Assembly: GCF_009914755.1 (NCBI RefSeq)
Contig: NC_060942.1
Strand: one strand, 5' to 3'
Source of the DNA: the human T2T-CHM13v2.0 reference genome, Homo sapiens
DNA length: 64,000 bases
Under the pieces are notes generated by a model. It ran no database searches and was not told the origin of the DNA. It saw only the letters and a program-made list of their open reading frames with translations. The translations under genes and the position numbers were made by a program. Every line of letters begins with the position of its first letter. The stretch's first letter is position 1. Positions 1-13,984 of this stretch are shown in pieces.

Positions 1-3000
1 GCTTCACGTCACCCTCATTGCCTTAGATATCTCCTGAGCTGTTGATGCTACTAGATCCAACTCTCTAGAACAAGTCAAAATGCGGAGGCTTTCCAAGAGG
101 CTTGGGAATGTAAATGCTTTTATTTTCTCCCTCTCTTAGATTGGTAAATATTCCATCAGCTTGATAGCAAAAGTGTTGTCCCAAATAAAGACAGAGGCTA
201 TTCCCTAACTGCAGCTATTATAGCTGAAATCTTCTCAGTCACAATGGTGGCTGACTTAGTCAAATTAGGTGTTTGTCATTCTTTGCCTGGCTAGCAGGAA
301 ATTAAGTTTCAGTGAAGCATTTGGGTCACACCCTTAGTATCTAAGAATGATCTCCTCATAAGTTTACAGTATTCAGTTGCTCTGGGGCATTACCTTTTGA
401 TTACTTTTTTCATAGAGTGAACATGTTTAAGTCAGCTTTAATATTTTACACAGCTGTTCCAGTTTCAAGATCAGCATCGTTTTGAGTCACGTGGCAACCC
501 TGGCAAAGTCTCCCGTAATGTCAGAGGAGAATCTGGAAAAAATTGTCTGAATGTTTTCTCAAAAGTAATCAGTTTTATTTCTTCAAGTGGGCATTGTTTT
601 CACTGTAAAATAGTATCCAGCCCTGACAGGCGTTAAGTGGTGGTGGCTGCCTAATCTTAAATGGAAGCAACAAAATGAATCTGCCTCCAAAAGAATGCCT
701 TTCTACCAACGTGTTTTTCTCATTCACTTTTTTCTTTCCTTTCACTGATGACTTTCCAGCTGTTCATCGGGTCAGGCATAGTTCTTGCCTGTTTTTCTTT
801 GTAGGCTGTTGACTCTCTGAGACTCACATTTTGGTGGCATACTCTTTTTTTTTTCCTTTGGTATGTTCTCTGACATTTCAACATGCTAAGAAAAGCATTC
901 TACAATTTCCACCTGGGGCAAACTTGGAACATTTCATTCTAAAGTTCTGCTATTTCTAGTTAGTCAAATGATTTTAGAAGAATTTGAATAAGAGTAAAAA
1001 TCACAGATTGATTGCAGAACCAGCACATCACTTGATTGCTTCTCTCCATTTATATTTTCCAGCTCACACCTGAATTCCATATGGTTTTCACGGCCATTTA
1101 ATAAAATTTGAAAAATTGCTTTCTCTCTCCTCCCCTCTCCCCCAAAGAGAAAACTACCCAAAGAGAAAAATCAGTAGCCCTATGTACCATTCATCCATTC
1201 ATTTCATCTTTTGTTGATTTTATAGGAAAGAAGCTATATGAGTGCTTAGCTTTAACTTTATAATTAAAATTCAGAATATGGTACAATTATCTCTGTGTTG
1301 TGTTAATGCACATGTCTGTGGTTTTTCAGGTAATCGATCATTTAAATTTGACAACCGTGATCAATTCCAAAAATATTTGTACTCTCCATTTCCCTACTTA
1401 TTTCCCATATTCCTCTGTCCCTGAAAAACAGTCTGTTGTTATAAAGGAGAACCCATATGAGCATTTGGAACCCTCCTACCCTGAGGGTGATTGGGAAGTC
1501 TGTACTTTCATTTTTATTTTACTTTTTTGTACTTTGCACTTTACAGTGTGATTCAAAGTTGCCGAGTCAAATGTAATCTTTGTGCTTACAAGTAAATTCA
1601 ACAGCTTGCTACTGTTTGTCACAATTTTCATTTGGGCCCTTAGAATCTTGCTTTCTTTTTGTAAAAGCCACATTTTGCATTCATAAACCATTGCATGTTG
1701 CTCATTTAACCCTGTTCCCACGCTCCACTCCAAATGCATTACTGAGTGACCCCGCATGTCAGCACTATAGCATTGTACAGTAAATAGAGTGTTTTGCTTC
1801 ATAAATCAAGCATAGAACTTATAGCCAACTTCAGCATAAAAAAGTCACTGAAATAATATGGCCCAGCTGCAGGAGAGAGACATTGTATTCATAAAGCTAG
1901 CCTTAAATTACTGACATTTAAATCCAGATTTGACAAAGCTAAGACTATTTTGGAGGATTCTGAGTAATCCTCATGAAATTCCAAATTTTTCTTTTGTTGT
2001 TTTGAAGGATATTCGTTTTTGAAAGGAGAGGTTAGATTCCATCCTCCCCACAATTATCTTTGATGGTATCAGCAAGGCACACTTGGGTGGCCAGTTCACA
2101 TAATTATCCAAGTCACTTTGCAAATTGTTTATTTTTTCTTTGGGAACCTGCTCTCTGGGGCATAGCTCTCTGATACTATTGTGTCAATCAGCAGTGAAAT
2201 GCAAAGGTGATTTGGAAAAATCAGGTTTGGGTTTCTCCCCCATCTAAATCAAATTGAACACTAACATCTCATTGAGGATGTCCAAAGATAGAAACTAATT
2301 TTATTTCAAGAAGCAATTTTTATTTCTCTGTTGGAAAAAAAAAGAAAGTCGAAAAGCCCGGCAATCAGCCAGACTTCCAGCTTTCACTGTTCTCTGTTCA
2401 TTTTCCTTTATAGGTAGCAGTTTTAGCATTCAAAATTTAAAAATACACCAGAAGAACACGTATTTACTGTGCTCTCTCTGAAAGCATGCTTTGAAAATCA
2501 CCTATAACGGTAACACCCTGTCATTGGAGAATTGTCAACATACTGGCTAGTTTAGGCCATAATCTCTCTATCCAATGCAATTTGCTGAAGTAAATTAAAA
2601 TTATTCTCTTCCCATTAAATTTCACTCTCCCTACCTCACCAAAAAATCTGTTTTTTAAAGCACAAAACTAAATGCTTATAACAAATGTAATTAAAATAAT
2701 GTAAGAATTAATGAGATACATGAAAAAGTAATGTCTGTATCTTATTTTTCATGCAAGCAGATTGATATGCATTACCCACTTTGTTAAAAACATTTATCTA
2801 GTAACTATAACATGAGTTCGACTTGATTTTTTTTTAATTTAATGTCCTTACTAACAGGTAATTTCTTTGTTCACCCAGGATAGACGAATGCAACTGAATT
2901 ATGTTCTTGAATAAATTGCCTTCTGGATTTCAACTACTTCTTTTGGAAAGTAGCAATATCTTCAAATTAACCTCAGTTAACACGAATGGACTAAAAAAAT

Positions 3001-4704
3001 TGTTCAAGAATTTATGTAGTTCAAAAATTGTCAGATTTGTGGAAATGAATAATGTGTTTGGATTTTTGGAAGACCTTTACAAATTTTGAACCTCCTGCAG
3101 TTCCATTTGGTGTAAAGAATTATACTGTAAACAAGGGGCTCCATCTGTACTTTTGAAATAACTATTCAGTTTTCCATTTCAGTGCTCAGACAAATTGACA
3201 CGACAAACTGAAAAGCAGAAGTTAGTGTTCAAAGAAGTTCAAGAGTAAACATTTAGTCAACTCGTCTGCTCAGATTGAGAGAGATTCAGTGCACAGGAAT
3301 CCACAATTCTGAATGTAGGTTCTAGAATGGCAGTGAAGACTGTCAGGGAGTGGACTTTCCAGTTGCCCCAGGTCACATCTAAAATATGAATCTACCTGCA
3401 GGGCCCTCACATTTCTAGGTATTTCATATACATTTGGCTACACTTAGGAATGAGAAGAAATATTTGTATTAAAACTTTATTTACTAACTTTAGGTTTTTT
3501 TCTGCCCCTTTCACTGCTGACTTCAGGCTACTATTTGGTCTCCATATTTGGCTAAGGGGATAAGAAATCACATTTCTAGGAAGGAGACCAAGGTGGTAAC
3601 AGCTGTCGGGAACTTTTTTCATAGAACCCAGCAAGGGAAGTTACAGAATGCTGTTTGAGTCATTATTTCAATTCAGCTCAATAGGAAATTACAGATCACC
3701 AATGCATAAGGTTTTATGCTAGGTGCTCTGTGATCTGCTTATAGCAGGAGCTTTCATATTTAAACCAAAATTTAGGTAAATATAAATGGAGAGGGAGGAG
3801 AGCAATAAGTCCAGACTCCCACAGAACATTTGGTGCATGTCATTCTCCTGATCTCAACATTTTTTCCCCCAGTGCTTTCTATTCAGGCCTGTTGCTCCAG
3901 GATTTGGGGTCCAGTCCCAGTTTCTCTTATGATGCCCAAGAGTCATGCATGCCCCAGTCAGACATGCATTCTCATTGAGTCTGCATGAAGCCTTGCACAT
4001 CCTATGTGAGACCACTCTCATGCCTCTTGCTTTTCAGTAATGCACTTTCTTCTCATTTCCCATTCTTTACATGCTCTCTCCTTTTGGGCCTAATATAAAG
4101 CTTCCATTCTTGGTGCAATCATGCCTGCAGTACTGCATGGTGTGGCTGTACTCTCTTTCCATATCTTACAGCACCTATGGTCTCTACCATTAATTTGGAA
4201 TACACCACGCTTACCCTGGCATTGTGATCTATCTTGTAATATGTCTATTTTTCTCTCCAATGAGATCATGTGTTGTCTGAGAAATCAAAATGTCTTTTTG
4301 TTCCCTTTGGCCTGAGTACATAGTAGGCTCTCAAGGACATTTGGCTGATTTAACGATGAAGCATTGTGTGGGAGTCTGTGAAATTGGATAAGTTAACATG
4401 GTACATTCCCATGGCAGTTAATCTGTGCAGATTTGTGTTGGATTAAATTCATCAAACTTAGATAAGACTCTTTCTGCTACTGACTGGTGCAGTATTATTT
4501 CCTCCAGATGAAAAGACAACTAAATTTAAACCTCTCTAAAGTGTGGAATGCAATTGAAAGCAACTTAAATTCTGAAAATGTTTTATTTATTACAGGAATA
4601 CTATTAAATTTCTGAGGTTGTCCCTCTCAGTGGAACATTTAATAATTTCTTTAACAGTTTGATGATCTCCACTCAATGTCCTAAAAGAGATATCAAGGAA
4701 ACTC

Positions 4705-4870
4705 CGGATGAGGATAAGGGATGGGAAATAGCATTGAACCCATGTTTTTTGGCATTTCATTCTCCCTGACAACCCTGCAAGGTGGATGGAATTATCTTCA
4801 TTGTATGCATGAAAAATCAAAAATTCAGTTGTCAAATTAATTGTCCAAGGTACACAGAGACAATTCAAGC
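4705..4870 (-). mobile_element. MIR SINE fragment (degenerate)
   Basis: MIR-core-like 'ttctccctgacaaccctgcaaggtggat...attgtccaaggtacacag'; boundaries approximate. Confidence 0.5.
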
Positions 4871-5596
4871 CTCTCTGTTTTTTATGTCTGTTGTCCTATG
4901 CTATCACTATTGCAATAAGAAAGCCTGCACTGTTCTGATAACTGGGTCAATGTCTCGTCAAAACTCCTCATTTCGTTCCAACAGGAACATTGCCAGCACT
5001 TTCCCCCATGTGTGGTGCTGTGGCATTTCTACAGATTTGGGAAGTGGGAGTGATTCTGCTGCAAGGCAAATGTGGTTTGGCTCATCATAAGCCCTTTATG
5101 TAGAAGGCTTCAGAGTTTTCCTCAGTTATGTTTTTCCCCTTGACTAAAGCTTGCAGCTCTATGCTGTAATCTGATAGGTTCCTTGGTTCTATGTGAGGGG
5201 CCATTAAGTCTGAGGGCATGGAACATCAAGACAAGTATCCTAGAGAGGGTCAGGATGATCACTAATGAAGAGCTTGCATGTGAAGCTTCAGCAGGCAAAG
5301 TTGGACCAGAGAGACATTTGGTCTGTATTTTGCACTGGACTCATCAGTGCTCATCCATCACACCTCTTATGGGTAGCAGTGCTCTTATAGTTTGGCTGTG
5401 GTCATCTTATGGTTTTTGCTTGTTTTGATCATGTTTTGCTCTCATAGGTCTCCCTAGAGTGGACTTGATTCTCCACTTCCCTTTCCTTTCTCCTTTCTCT
5501 GATCCATACAAAGCTACCTTTGTTTGTGTTCTAAGTGGCTCTTTATTTTTTCATTTACCAGCTCTGTTGATGCCCTGTCAACTCTGCTAGACTTGC

Positions 5597-6131
5597 TGTG
5601 GTAATCTCACAAGATGGCTGCCACAATTCTTCCTCTCCTTCTGTGCATGTGACACTTCTCTCCTTACAAATAAGGCCTAGATCCCTTCCCCTGAAATCTG
5701 GCCTGGCCTTGTGACTTGCTTTAGTCAACAGAATGTGAAAGAAGTGATACTGGACTAGTTCAGATCCCAGCTGTCAAGAGGTCTGGAGGCTTCCACTTTC
5801 TTTCTTGGAAGCCAGCTGTATGTAAAAACTCGAACTACCTCGAGACCACTGTGTTGTAAAAAAGGCCTGGCTAGCCACTAGGAGAGACCTTGTGGGAAGA
5901 GAAAGAGAAATAGAAACTCAGCCAGCCCCCTTTGTTTCAGCCATCACAGCTGAGGCACCAGACAGCTGAGTGAAGGAGCCATCTTGGATCTCCCAGCAAC
6001 GATCACGGAGAGCAAAGCAACCACTCAGCTAGGCCTAGAATAGATTACAAAATTGGAGAAATAATTTTTTCGTTGTTTTAAGCCACTGAGTTTTGGAGTG
6101 TTTTGTTATGCAGCAGTAAATAATTGAAACA
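5597..6131 (+). mobile_element. MaLR solo LTR, MLT1G/MLT1H-like
   Basis: TG...CA ends; MLT1 motifs 'ccttgtgacttgctttagtcaacagaatg', 'cagctgaggcaccagaca', 3' end 'gttttaagccactgagttttggagtgttttgttatgcagcagtaaataattgaaaca'. Confidence 0.75.
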
Positions 6132-6168
6132 GTTGTTTAAAGCATGCATCCATAATCCACTGTGATAT

Positions 6169-6358
6169 TCTAGAGCTGTGTGCTACAATATGGTATTAGC
6201 CAAATGTGGTTGCTTAAATTTAAATTAATTAAAATTAAACAAATGTAAAAATGCAGTGTCTCAGTATCTCTAGCCACATATAAGGTGCTCAGTAGCCCTT
6301 GTTTTGGAAAGCATATATGAAACCTTTCCATCATGAAAGAAACTTCTGTTGGATCATA
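6169..6358. mobile_element. MER3 hAT-Charlie DNA transposon remnant
   Basis: 'aaatttaaattaattaaaattaaa...ctcagt..ctagccacat..aaggtgctcagtagcc...tttccatcat..agaaacttctgttgga' resembles MER3. Confidence 0.7.
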
Positions 6359-8709
6359 GTCATTTTACATTTTCTGGAACTATATGTTACTTATTTATCA
6401 AGAAATATCAATCCTAGGAAATTAGTTCAGTGGAGCGCAAGGCTTTTGTAAGGAGTAGAGACAGCTCCTCTGGCACAGGTGCACAGGTGCCAGGCTAGGT
6501 GTCAAATATCAGGCCAAGATGGTCTACCCTTAGCCTGTAGGCAGTGGGAGCCACTGAAGGTTTTTAAAAGAGGGAAATGACCTCAGCTTCTAAATATGTT
6601 CTTTGGGAAGGTGAATCTCATGCAACATAAATTTACCTGGGTTCTACACCAAAAGGACCTCTGTTAATCCTGTTAGTCATTTGTTTATCCAAACATCACT
6701 TATTGTCAACTGTTGTCTATTTCTTCAATTATAATTTTAACTCACCCTCCTGGGGGTAGGGTAGGAATGGAATCAAGCCTATTTTCTGTCAATGGAGTAA
6801 TTTGGCAACTCATTATATTTTGACTTAATAGAATTGGCATAAAACACAACAAAAACCATAGTGCTGTTTAAGATATTACAGTTTTCCGCAACATCACTGA
6901 TAAAGGTACATTATTTACATCTTCTCTAACTATGCCAATAAAAAGTTTTTTGCTATGGGTTCTCTCATTATTGTTTTTAACATGAAGTAAAATAAATGTT
7001 CCTTATCTGTGTTGAAACTAAATCACAAACAACCTGGTCTAATATCAACCAAAGAACATAAAATAATTATATTGAATATATATATTATTATAACTGAAAG
7101 AAAAGCTATATTTGATTAGTTCAGTTTTGTAGTAATTCTCTTTTTGTAGAATGTTACATAAATCCGCTTATCTCAATTAAAACCAAATAGATCTCTAATA
7201 GCATAAACAGTAGGCCTCCTTCAACATATCTCTTTACTATTTTAAAAATAATAGTGCAACAGGGAGCTAGAAAGCTTTTGGCTTCTTCACTTTGAAGCTG
7301 CAGATGTAGATCTTGGTATTGGTTCATTCACTGGTGAGTGAGATGACCATGGACAGGTTCCATCACCTATTAGATATGTCTATAGGAGGACCCCAAGGTC
7401 CCTTCAGCACTGCATTCATCGATTCTACACTTTCTTATAAGCTCTTCTAGCTTGAGCTACTGAAAAAAAAAAGATTGTTTTGACTCAAGATGTTACCAAA
7501 GTACAAAAAGCACGACAACTCTGCTCTTCCTCCCACTGGGACCTGATTCTTTGCTCCTCAAATTAAAAAAAAAGAAAATTCAGGACTGAGTATGAAGACC
7601 TACTTGTTGCTAAAGTTTACCCCACCATGGTTAGTTTTGGAATGGTTAAAAGGAAAGAAAAAATAGAACATTTCTGTCTCAAAAAATATTTTTCTGTCTC
7701 TGACTCCCTGCCGTGCTCTCATTTTAATGTGTTGGAGGCTAGGTCATTTTCGTTTTTTCCCCCAGATCTTCATGATTGCAGCTACCATATTTATGTAGAG
7801 TATCCGCATAGAATTCTCTCCCACACAACTAAGAAGAATTTTTTTTCTCAAAGCCATTTGTTGAAGTAACCATATGGATACTTCTCCCTCCTGTTATTCT
7901 GGTCTTGGGACTTTTTCTTATTTGCATTCATCCTTGCTGCCTTCATTCCGTCCATCCACCCATTCATTAGTCCATAAGACACACATGAATTATAGACCTA
8001 TTCTCATGACACTTCTGTAGGGCTATAAGAAATAAAAGATCACCCAGAAGTATCCTCTCCTGAATAGGGCAGTAAGGTAGCTGGGAAGCTTTCCAAGTCT
8101 TAACTTTGGAGGTGTAGATGGAGATCCCGGTGTTGGCTTGTCCAGCATAAGTTTTGTGTCTTTGGACAGGTTACATCTCCTGTAAGATATGTGAAGGCTG
8201 TTGGCAGAAGAGTGGAGATTATCTTGCCCTAGAAGGAGAGGAGCCCAAGAACAGCCCACAAGAGGCTCTCCCTCAGCTCAATGCACTGATTTTGTGTGAA
8301 TGTGGGAGTGACAAGGGGCAAATTAGTTCCCTGCCTGAACCCTCTTTACCCATTGTACCTTGTCCTTATTTCCATAGGCACCAGAATTCTTTTTGTATTT
8401 CTGCCACCTTCCCTTTATCTTGCTTCATCTGTGGCTACTAGAAAAACAGGCATCCTTCATTGCTGTCAGACGTATATCATCTATATGTATATCTATCAGC
8501 TATATGCATAATGCATCATGTAAAAAATAACTATGTTGAAAGTAGGACGCAATAGATCTACAGAACTGAGTAAATCTCATACATTAGAATATTTTCTTTG
8601 CAGTGACTTATAAATCACAATGATCTCAAACATTCAGTGGAAATATCAACAAGTCTGATAGAGCTATTTGAACATGGAAGTCAAATTAAATATTCTACTT
8701 GCTAATTGG

Positions 8710-8938
8710 TAATATTTGCTGGTCACTTGCTACATGCCAGGTATAATGCTAACAGTATGATAGGCATTATCTTATTTAATCCTCTTGACAAGCCTAAGAG
8801 GTAGGTGTCTTTATCATCCACATGTTTCAAACAGAGAAATTGCTATTCAGTAACATAACCAAGTTCTTATAGCTAAAAGGAGGCTAAGCCAAGAGTGAAA
8901 CCCAGTCAGGGTGGGTCCAGAGTTTCTCTCTTAGCCAT
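8710..8938 (-). mobile_element. MIR SINE
   Basis: 'tgccagg...cattatcttatttaatcctc..acaagcctaagaggtagg...gaaacccagtcag' near full-length MIR pattern. Confidence 0.7.
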
Positions 8939-9806
8939 CTTGTTTCTTTGATCCATTAAAAGCAAGCATGCAAGCAAACAAACAAAAAGGTTCTCGGTCA
9001 TCTCCTGCTCTCCACCCCTAAGAGGCAACATTAAGACTCAGGTTTATTGAGAACCTTGCATATGCCCAAAAGATCCATCATGATTGTCAGCACAGAATGC
9101 TTTGATTCTGACTAGATGCTCATAGAACAAGTCCTTGGAGGGCCATATGAGACCTTGATTCTGGTGTAAGCTCAACCACTGACCAGCTTCGTGACCATCT
9201 CTGACCAAATGAGCCAAATGACTGCTTTTGTTTCCTCTCTTTATCTGTTCATAGGACTTTTTTCCTTCACATTTTTCAGCTCACTGTTTTGAAAAGCTGT
9301 GACTTGATATATGCAGCCTCCTCTTTCTCATAGATTCTCTCTGTCTAGCCAGACTCTAAGCTCCTGCAGGCAGGAACCGTCTCTTGTGAGATCTGCACCA
9401 GCACCTAGTGTTGGAGAGCTGGAGTGAACTAAACTGTTTCGAGATAGTTAATATCTTTTATTTTCTCCATCAATACCTGTCATGAGCATACCTCCCTCTC
9501 AGATGAAGAAAGAATTTTGGTGATAAACAATAATTAGTAGATCCCCATCAAGAGTTAGCAGAGGAAATCCAAAAAGTAAACAAACAAAACAGCAAAAGTA
9601 ATTAAGAGTTGTCAGGCAAGTATCAGGAAGAGGTTGCAGGCCCAGCTGGATGGACACAGCTGGTCAGAGGGTGGAAGGAGCTCACAGCTTGGGGAGATGG
9701 AGTGTATGAGTGGGGAAGGAGAAGTGTGACCCTAGAAATGGACACATGAGGACAGACCTTCATGCTTTCATTTGAAAACATTTATTTATCACACCTTATA
9801 TGTCAC

Positions 9807-10189
9807 TAATATGGTTTGGCTATATCCCCGCCCCGCCACCAAAATCTCATCTTGAATTCCCATGTGTGTGGGAGGGACCTGGTGGGAGGTAACTGAATCA
9901 TGGGGGCAGGTCTTTCCCTTGCTGTTCTCGTGATAGTGAATAAGTCTCGCAACATCTGACGGTTTTAAAAACAGGAGTTCTGCTGCACAAGTTCTCTCTC
10001 TCTGCCTGCTGCCATCCATGTAAGATGTGACTTGCTCCTCCTTGCCTTCCACCATGATTGTGAGGCCTCCTCAGCCATGTGGAACTGTAAGTCTATTAAA
10101 CCTGTTTCTTTTGTAAATTGCTCAGTCCCATGGTAATTCTTTTGTAAATTGCCCAGTCTTTATCAGCAGCATGAAAACGGATTAATACA
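9807..10189 (+). mobile_element. THE1 MaLR solo LTR (THE1A/C-like) inserted in an L2 fragment
   Basis: Starts t(a)atatggtttggct, ends 'tttatcagcagcatgaaaacggattaataca'; 5-bp TSD gtcac (9802-9806) / gtcat (10190-10194). Confidence 0.92.
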
Positions 10190-12282
10190 GTCATGTACTG
10201 AGCTACAAGGATAAATAAGACACAACCTGGTTTTCTGAGGGCTTACAACTGGTAGGGAAGAGAGAGATCTAAGTAAATAAAATCTATCAATCAGTAAGAT
10301 CAATAAAATAAAGAGGGTACAGATTAACCTGGAGACACAAATGAGTGATCTGCTTCATGGTAGAGGTCAGGCCTGAAAAACCTTATGCAAGGAGAGGCCT
10401 GAGGTTTTCACCTGGATAAGAACAGGAGGGCATTCCAGTACCACATGAACCTAGGAAGCTGGCTGGCACAGATACTTGGCTGCAGGGACTTGCAGAGTTG
10501 GTTTCGGCTAGAGTACCATATGCCGTTGGTAGAGATCACAAAGATTGGGATGGGGGTATTTATGGGTTCCATATGTCAGTCCATAGGTCAAGAAGAGCAG
10601 ACAGAAAAGAAGGAATTTGGCAAAATTATACAGATACTTTCTCATTGTGTCAAAACTTGTTGCTTCTTTTTTCCCTTAATTTCAGTAACAACAAACATTT
10701 ATGGGGCATTTCCTGTATGTTGCACACTGTGCTTAGCTCTGCACGTGCAGTAAGGGTTGTTTTGCAACCTACTCTATAGTTGGAAGCTGGGGAGGATTCA
10801 AGGAAGGTGACACTACCTTGTAAACCAAAGGACCTGAAAATCTGTATGCAAAGACAAGAGCACATGCAAGAAATAACTAGACAATGCCATAAGAAACTAT
10901 AGGGTTAACTGCTGCTGTATCCTGAAAGTAGCAAGGTGAGTAGGGGTACTTTGCCTCTGCAAAGGGACATCTTTGCAACTTAACATAGTTTTCATCTCTA
11001 AACACTGGGCTGCTTTAGGGGGCCTGAAGCAACATGGAGATTTGCTTGATGAACATACTGCAGACACAGGAGCTAAATGGTATTTATTAGGTTTGCTCGT
11101 CCCTCCTATATAAGCAAGTAATCACATGCTGATGCCAGAGGGTTCAAGGATGAATGAAGTCTAGAAACTGACAGGACATAAATAGTTAACAGTAAAACCT
11201 TGGGCCCTCTCTGAACCTTTCAAGGCAGCCAGTAAATTGAAAGCAGCAGCGAGAAAACAGAGCCACTTCTGCACACCCATGGAAACAGTCAAGCTGCCAC
11301 AATTTGCACAAGGTGCAAGTAACAGATCAGCCTTCCAGAGGACCCGGTACACGCTGCACATTGCGGCGGTCTCACCTCGGTCACAGAGCCTCTGCCTCAC
11401 AGCTGGGCTGAAGGAATTAGCTTGCATACCAGAATATTAATGTCAGCATCTTTTATCACATGGGTTGGAGATTTGCAACCATTTGAAAAAACCACCAACT
11501 CTGCTTGTGATTATCTGTGATTTAGAGAAAGGGGCAAAGTTATCATTTAAAAAAAAGTCTGTCATCAAATCTGTTGATGGCAGCCTCTGTATAAGAAAAT
11601 GTCACTAAAAGCACTTGGAATGCTTTCTTACTTATAAGCTATCATAACAATGTAAAATTAAAACCAAAAAATAAAAACCACCCAAAATTCTAGAAGGTGC
11701 TTTAAAAAGAGAATGAAAGGGATGCTTCACCACTTCTACCCCCCGCCCCCCACAAATCCAACTGGCTATGAATTGGATATCAGTGTAGGCAGAGACACAT
11801 CATAAAATATTTTTGGATTGTGTGGTGCTATTTGGTATATATTGCCTATCTTGTTAGGATTGGGTAACAGTCCAAACAGGAAGACTCAGGGAAAGGTGGG
11901 GAGTAATGGTATAGGATTAAACTGGGGGTAAGTTAGGACTCAGGACTCACTTCCCGCCTTGCTTCCTGCCATGGTCAGGACTCAGGGCAGCAGAAACCAA
12001 CAAAGTCCAACAGAGAGAAGCCAACTTAGAAACTGGACAAGGTATTCTTCAGGCATGAAATATCTCCTACTTTTGGGACACAGATAATTAAGAACCCAGC
12101 CTCAGGTCTTTCAAGTTCTTACTTTTCTGTCACCAAATCCCAAAGTCAAAGCAATTTCTCCCTATACTTCACAGATGCTGTCCAAGGTTGCATCAAAGTC
12201 AACAAGAAACGTGTTCTCTGTCTTCTGACAGTGACCATTGTGAGATAGCAGGATGTTCTCATCATACACTCAGTGATGGTAA

Positions 12283-12706
<424 letters not shown>

Positions 12707-13099
12707 TTAACCTAGATAAATCATTTCCTTAAATACTTCTTAAAGTGAGATGTTTAGTGCCTATCATGGTATATGTCTTAATTGAATCCCTCTCCAACTG
12801 CCTTTGTCCTCTTTAGGGATCTCTGCTCTCTCTTATTTGTTACTCATGTTTTTTTAATGTACTAATAACTGAAGCTATGTTCTGCCTTACCTCACCTGAC
12901 ACTGGAGAATGCCTGCATCAGCACATACTCACCTTTTTCCCATCTACAAAAGACAGCAGCTCTGTACACTGCAATTCCCTGTGATGTGCTCAAATTATAG
13001 GCTGTGTCACTAAGAGGCAAGTCAACCCTAGTCTCATAATGACACACCATTGTGTGTTGGCATTGTGGTTTAGAACTCTTCCCTGCCTGATCTTCCACC

Positions 13100-13420
13100 A
13101 TGTCAGTCAATATTCATTAGCCAAATGTAAACTGAGTGTCTATTGTACACTCGATGGCAGGCAACAGATGATATTCATCTCCATGCTGGTAACACGGTAA
13201 CATGGAGTCAAATAATATCTAGTGCCCACCATCAGAGAGTGTTAGGTAAAGACAGACACAGAAACAGTTGATCTTAGTGTCATGGTAGTGACATGCACAA
13301 ATGTTATACAGTGTATGCTGTAATGCCTGGTTGAAAAGCTTCGCTGTAGAGATTAATGGGACTCTGCTGATCTGGCTGTTGAAATGTTCCTGGATCCTTT
13401 TGCTCTTCCTCATCCTTCCC
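13100..13420 (-). mobile_element. L2 LINE 3' fragment
   Basis: L2 3'-end-like 'attcattagccaaatgtaaactgagtgtctattgtac...'; highly degenerate, boundaries approximate. Confidence 0.4.
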
Positions 13421-13984
13421 TTTCACCTTGTATAGCTCAGTCCCAAAATTTACTGAGTCAAATGGTTTTCTGTCTTTAAACTCCAAATTCCACCCATCAC
13501 TCTGGACAGTTGACTCATCTTATACTTTGCTAAACAATTCCAAGACTCCCTACCAAGATCCCATGCCTTTCCTTCTCTCTACACCCAATAATCTCTTGGA
13601 CTTCAGCTATCTTCATATCCTTCAGGCCTCCACGGTAGGACATCTGCTCTTTCCAAGGCTAATTCCTACTGATTTCATTGAGTTCTGCCTCCTTCTCTAA
13701 AAGCTCACTGTTCAACTAACTCCCATCTCTCCAGTGTTGTCAATCAGTCTCTCTCTGTCACTTTTTTTTTAAACATGTATGTCTCCCTTAACCTAAAAAT
13801 ATCCTCTCATGTGCGGAGGGTTTTTTAAAACAATGATTTAGATTTTTTCTTCCCATCTTACTATGGCAGGTGCATATTATGCCTCTTAAAGGCTCCCAAT
13901 GTTGTGCCCATACATGCATATTTTTTAAAGAAAAGATGAATAAATGAATTCCATAAGCTACCTGTAGTTACATAATAATGGTCT

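Noticed and set aside
1321-1335. Recursive splice site TTTTTCAG|GTAATC
   Set aside because: The reconstituted donor is weak and no host long intron is established
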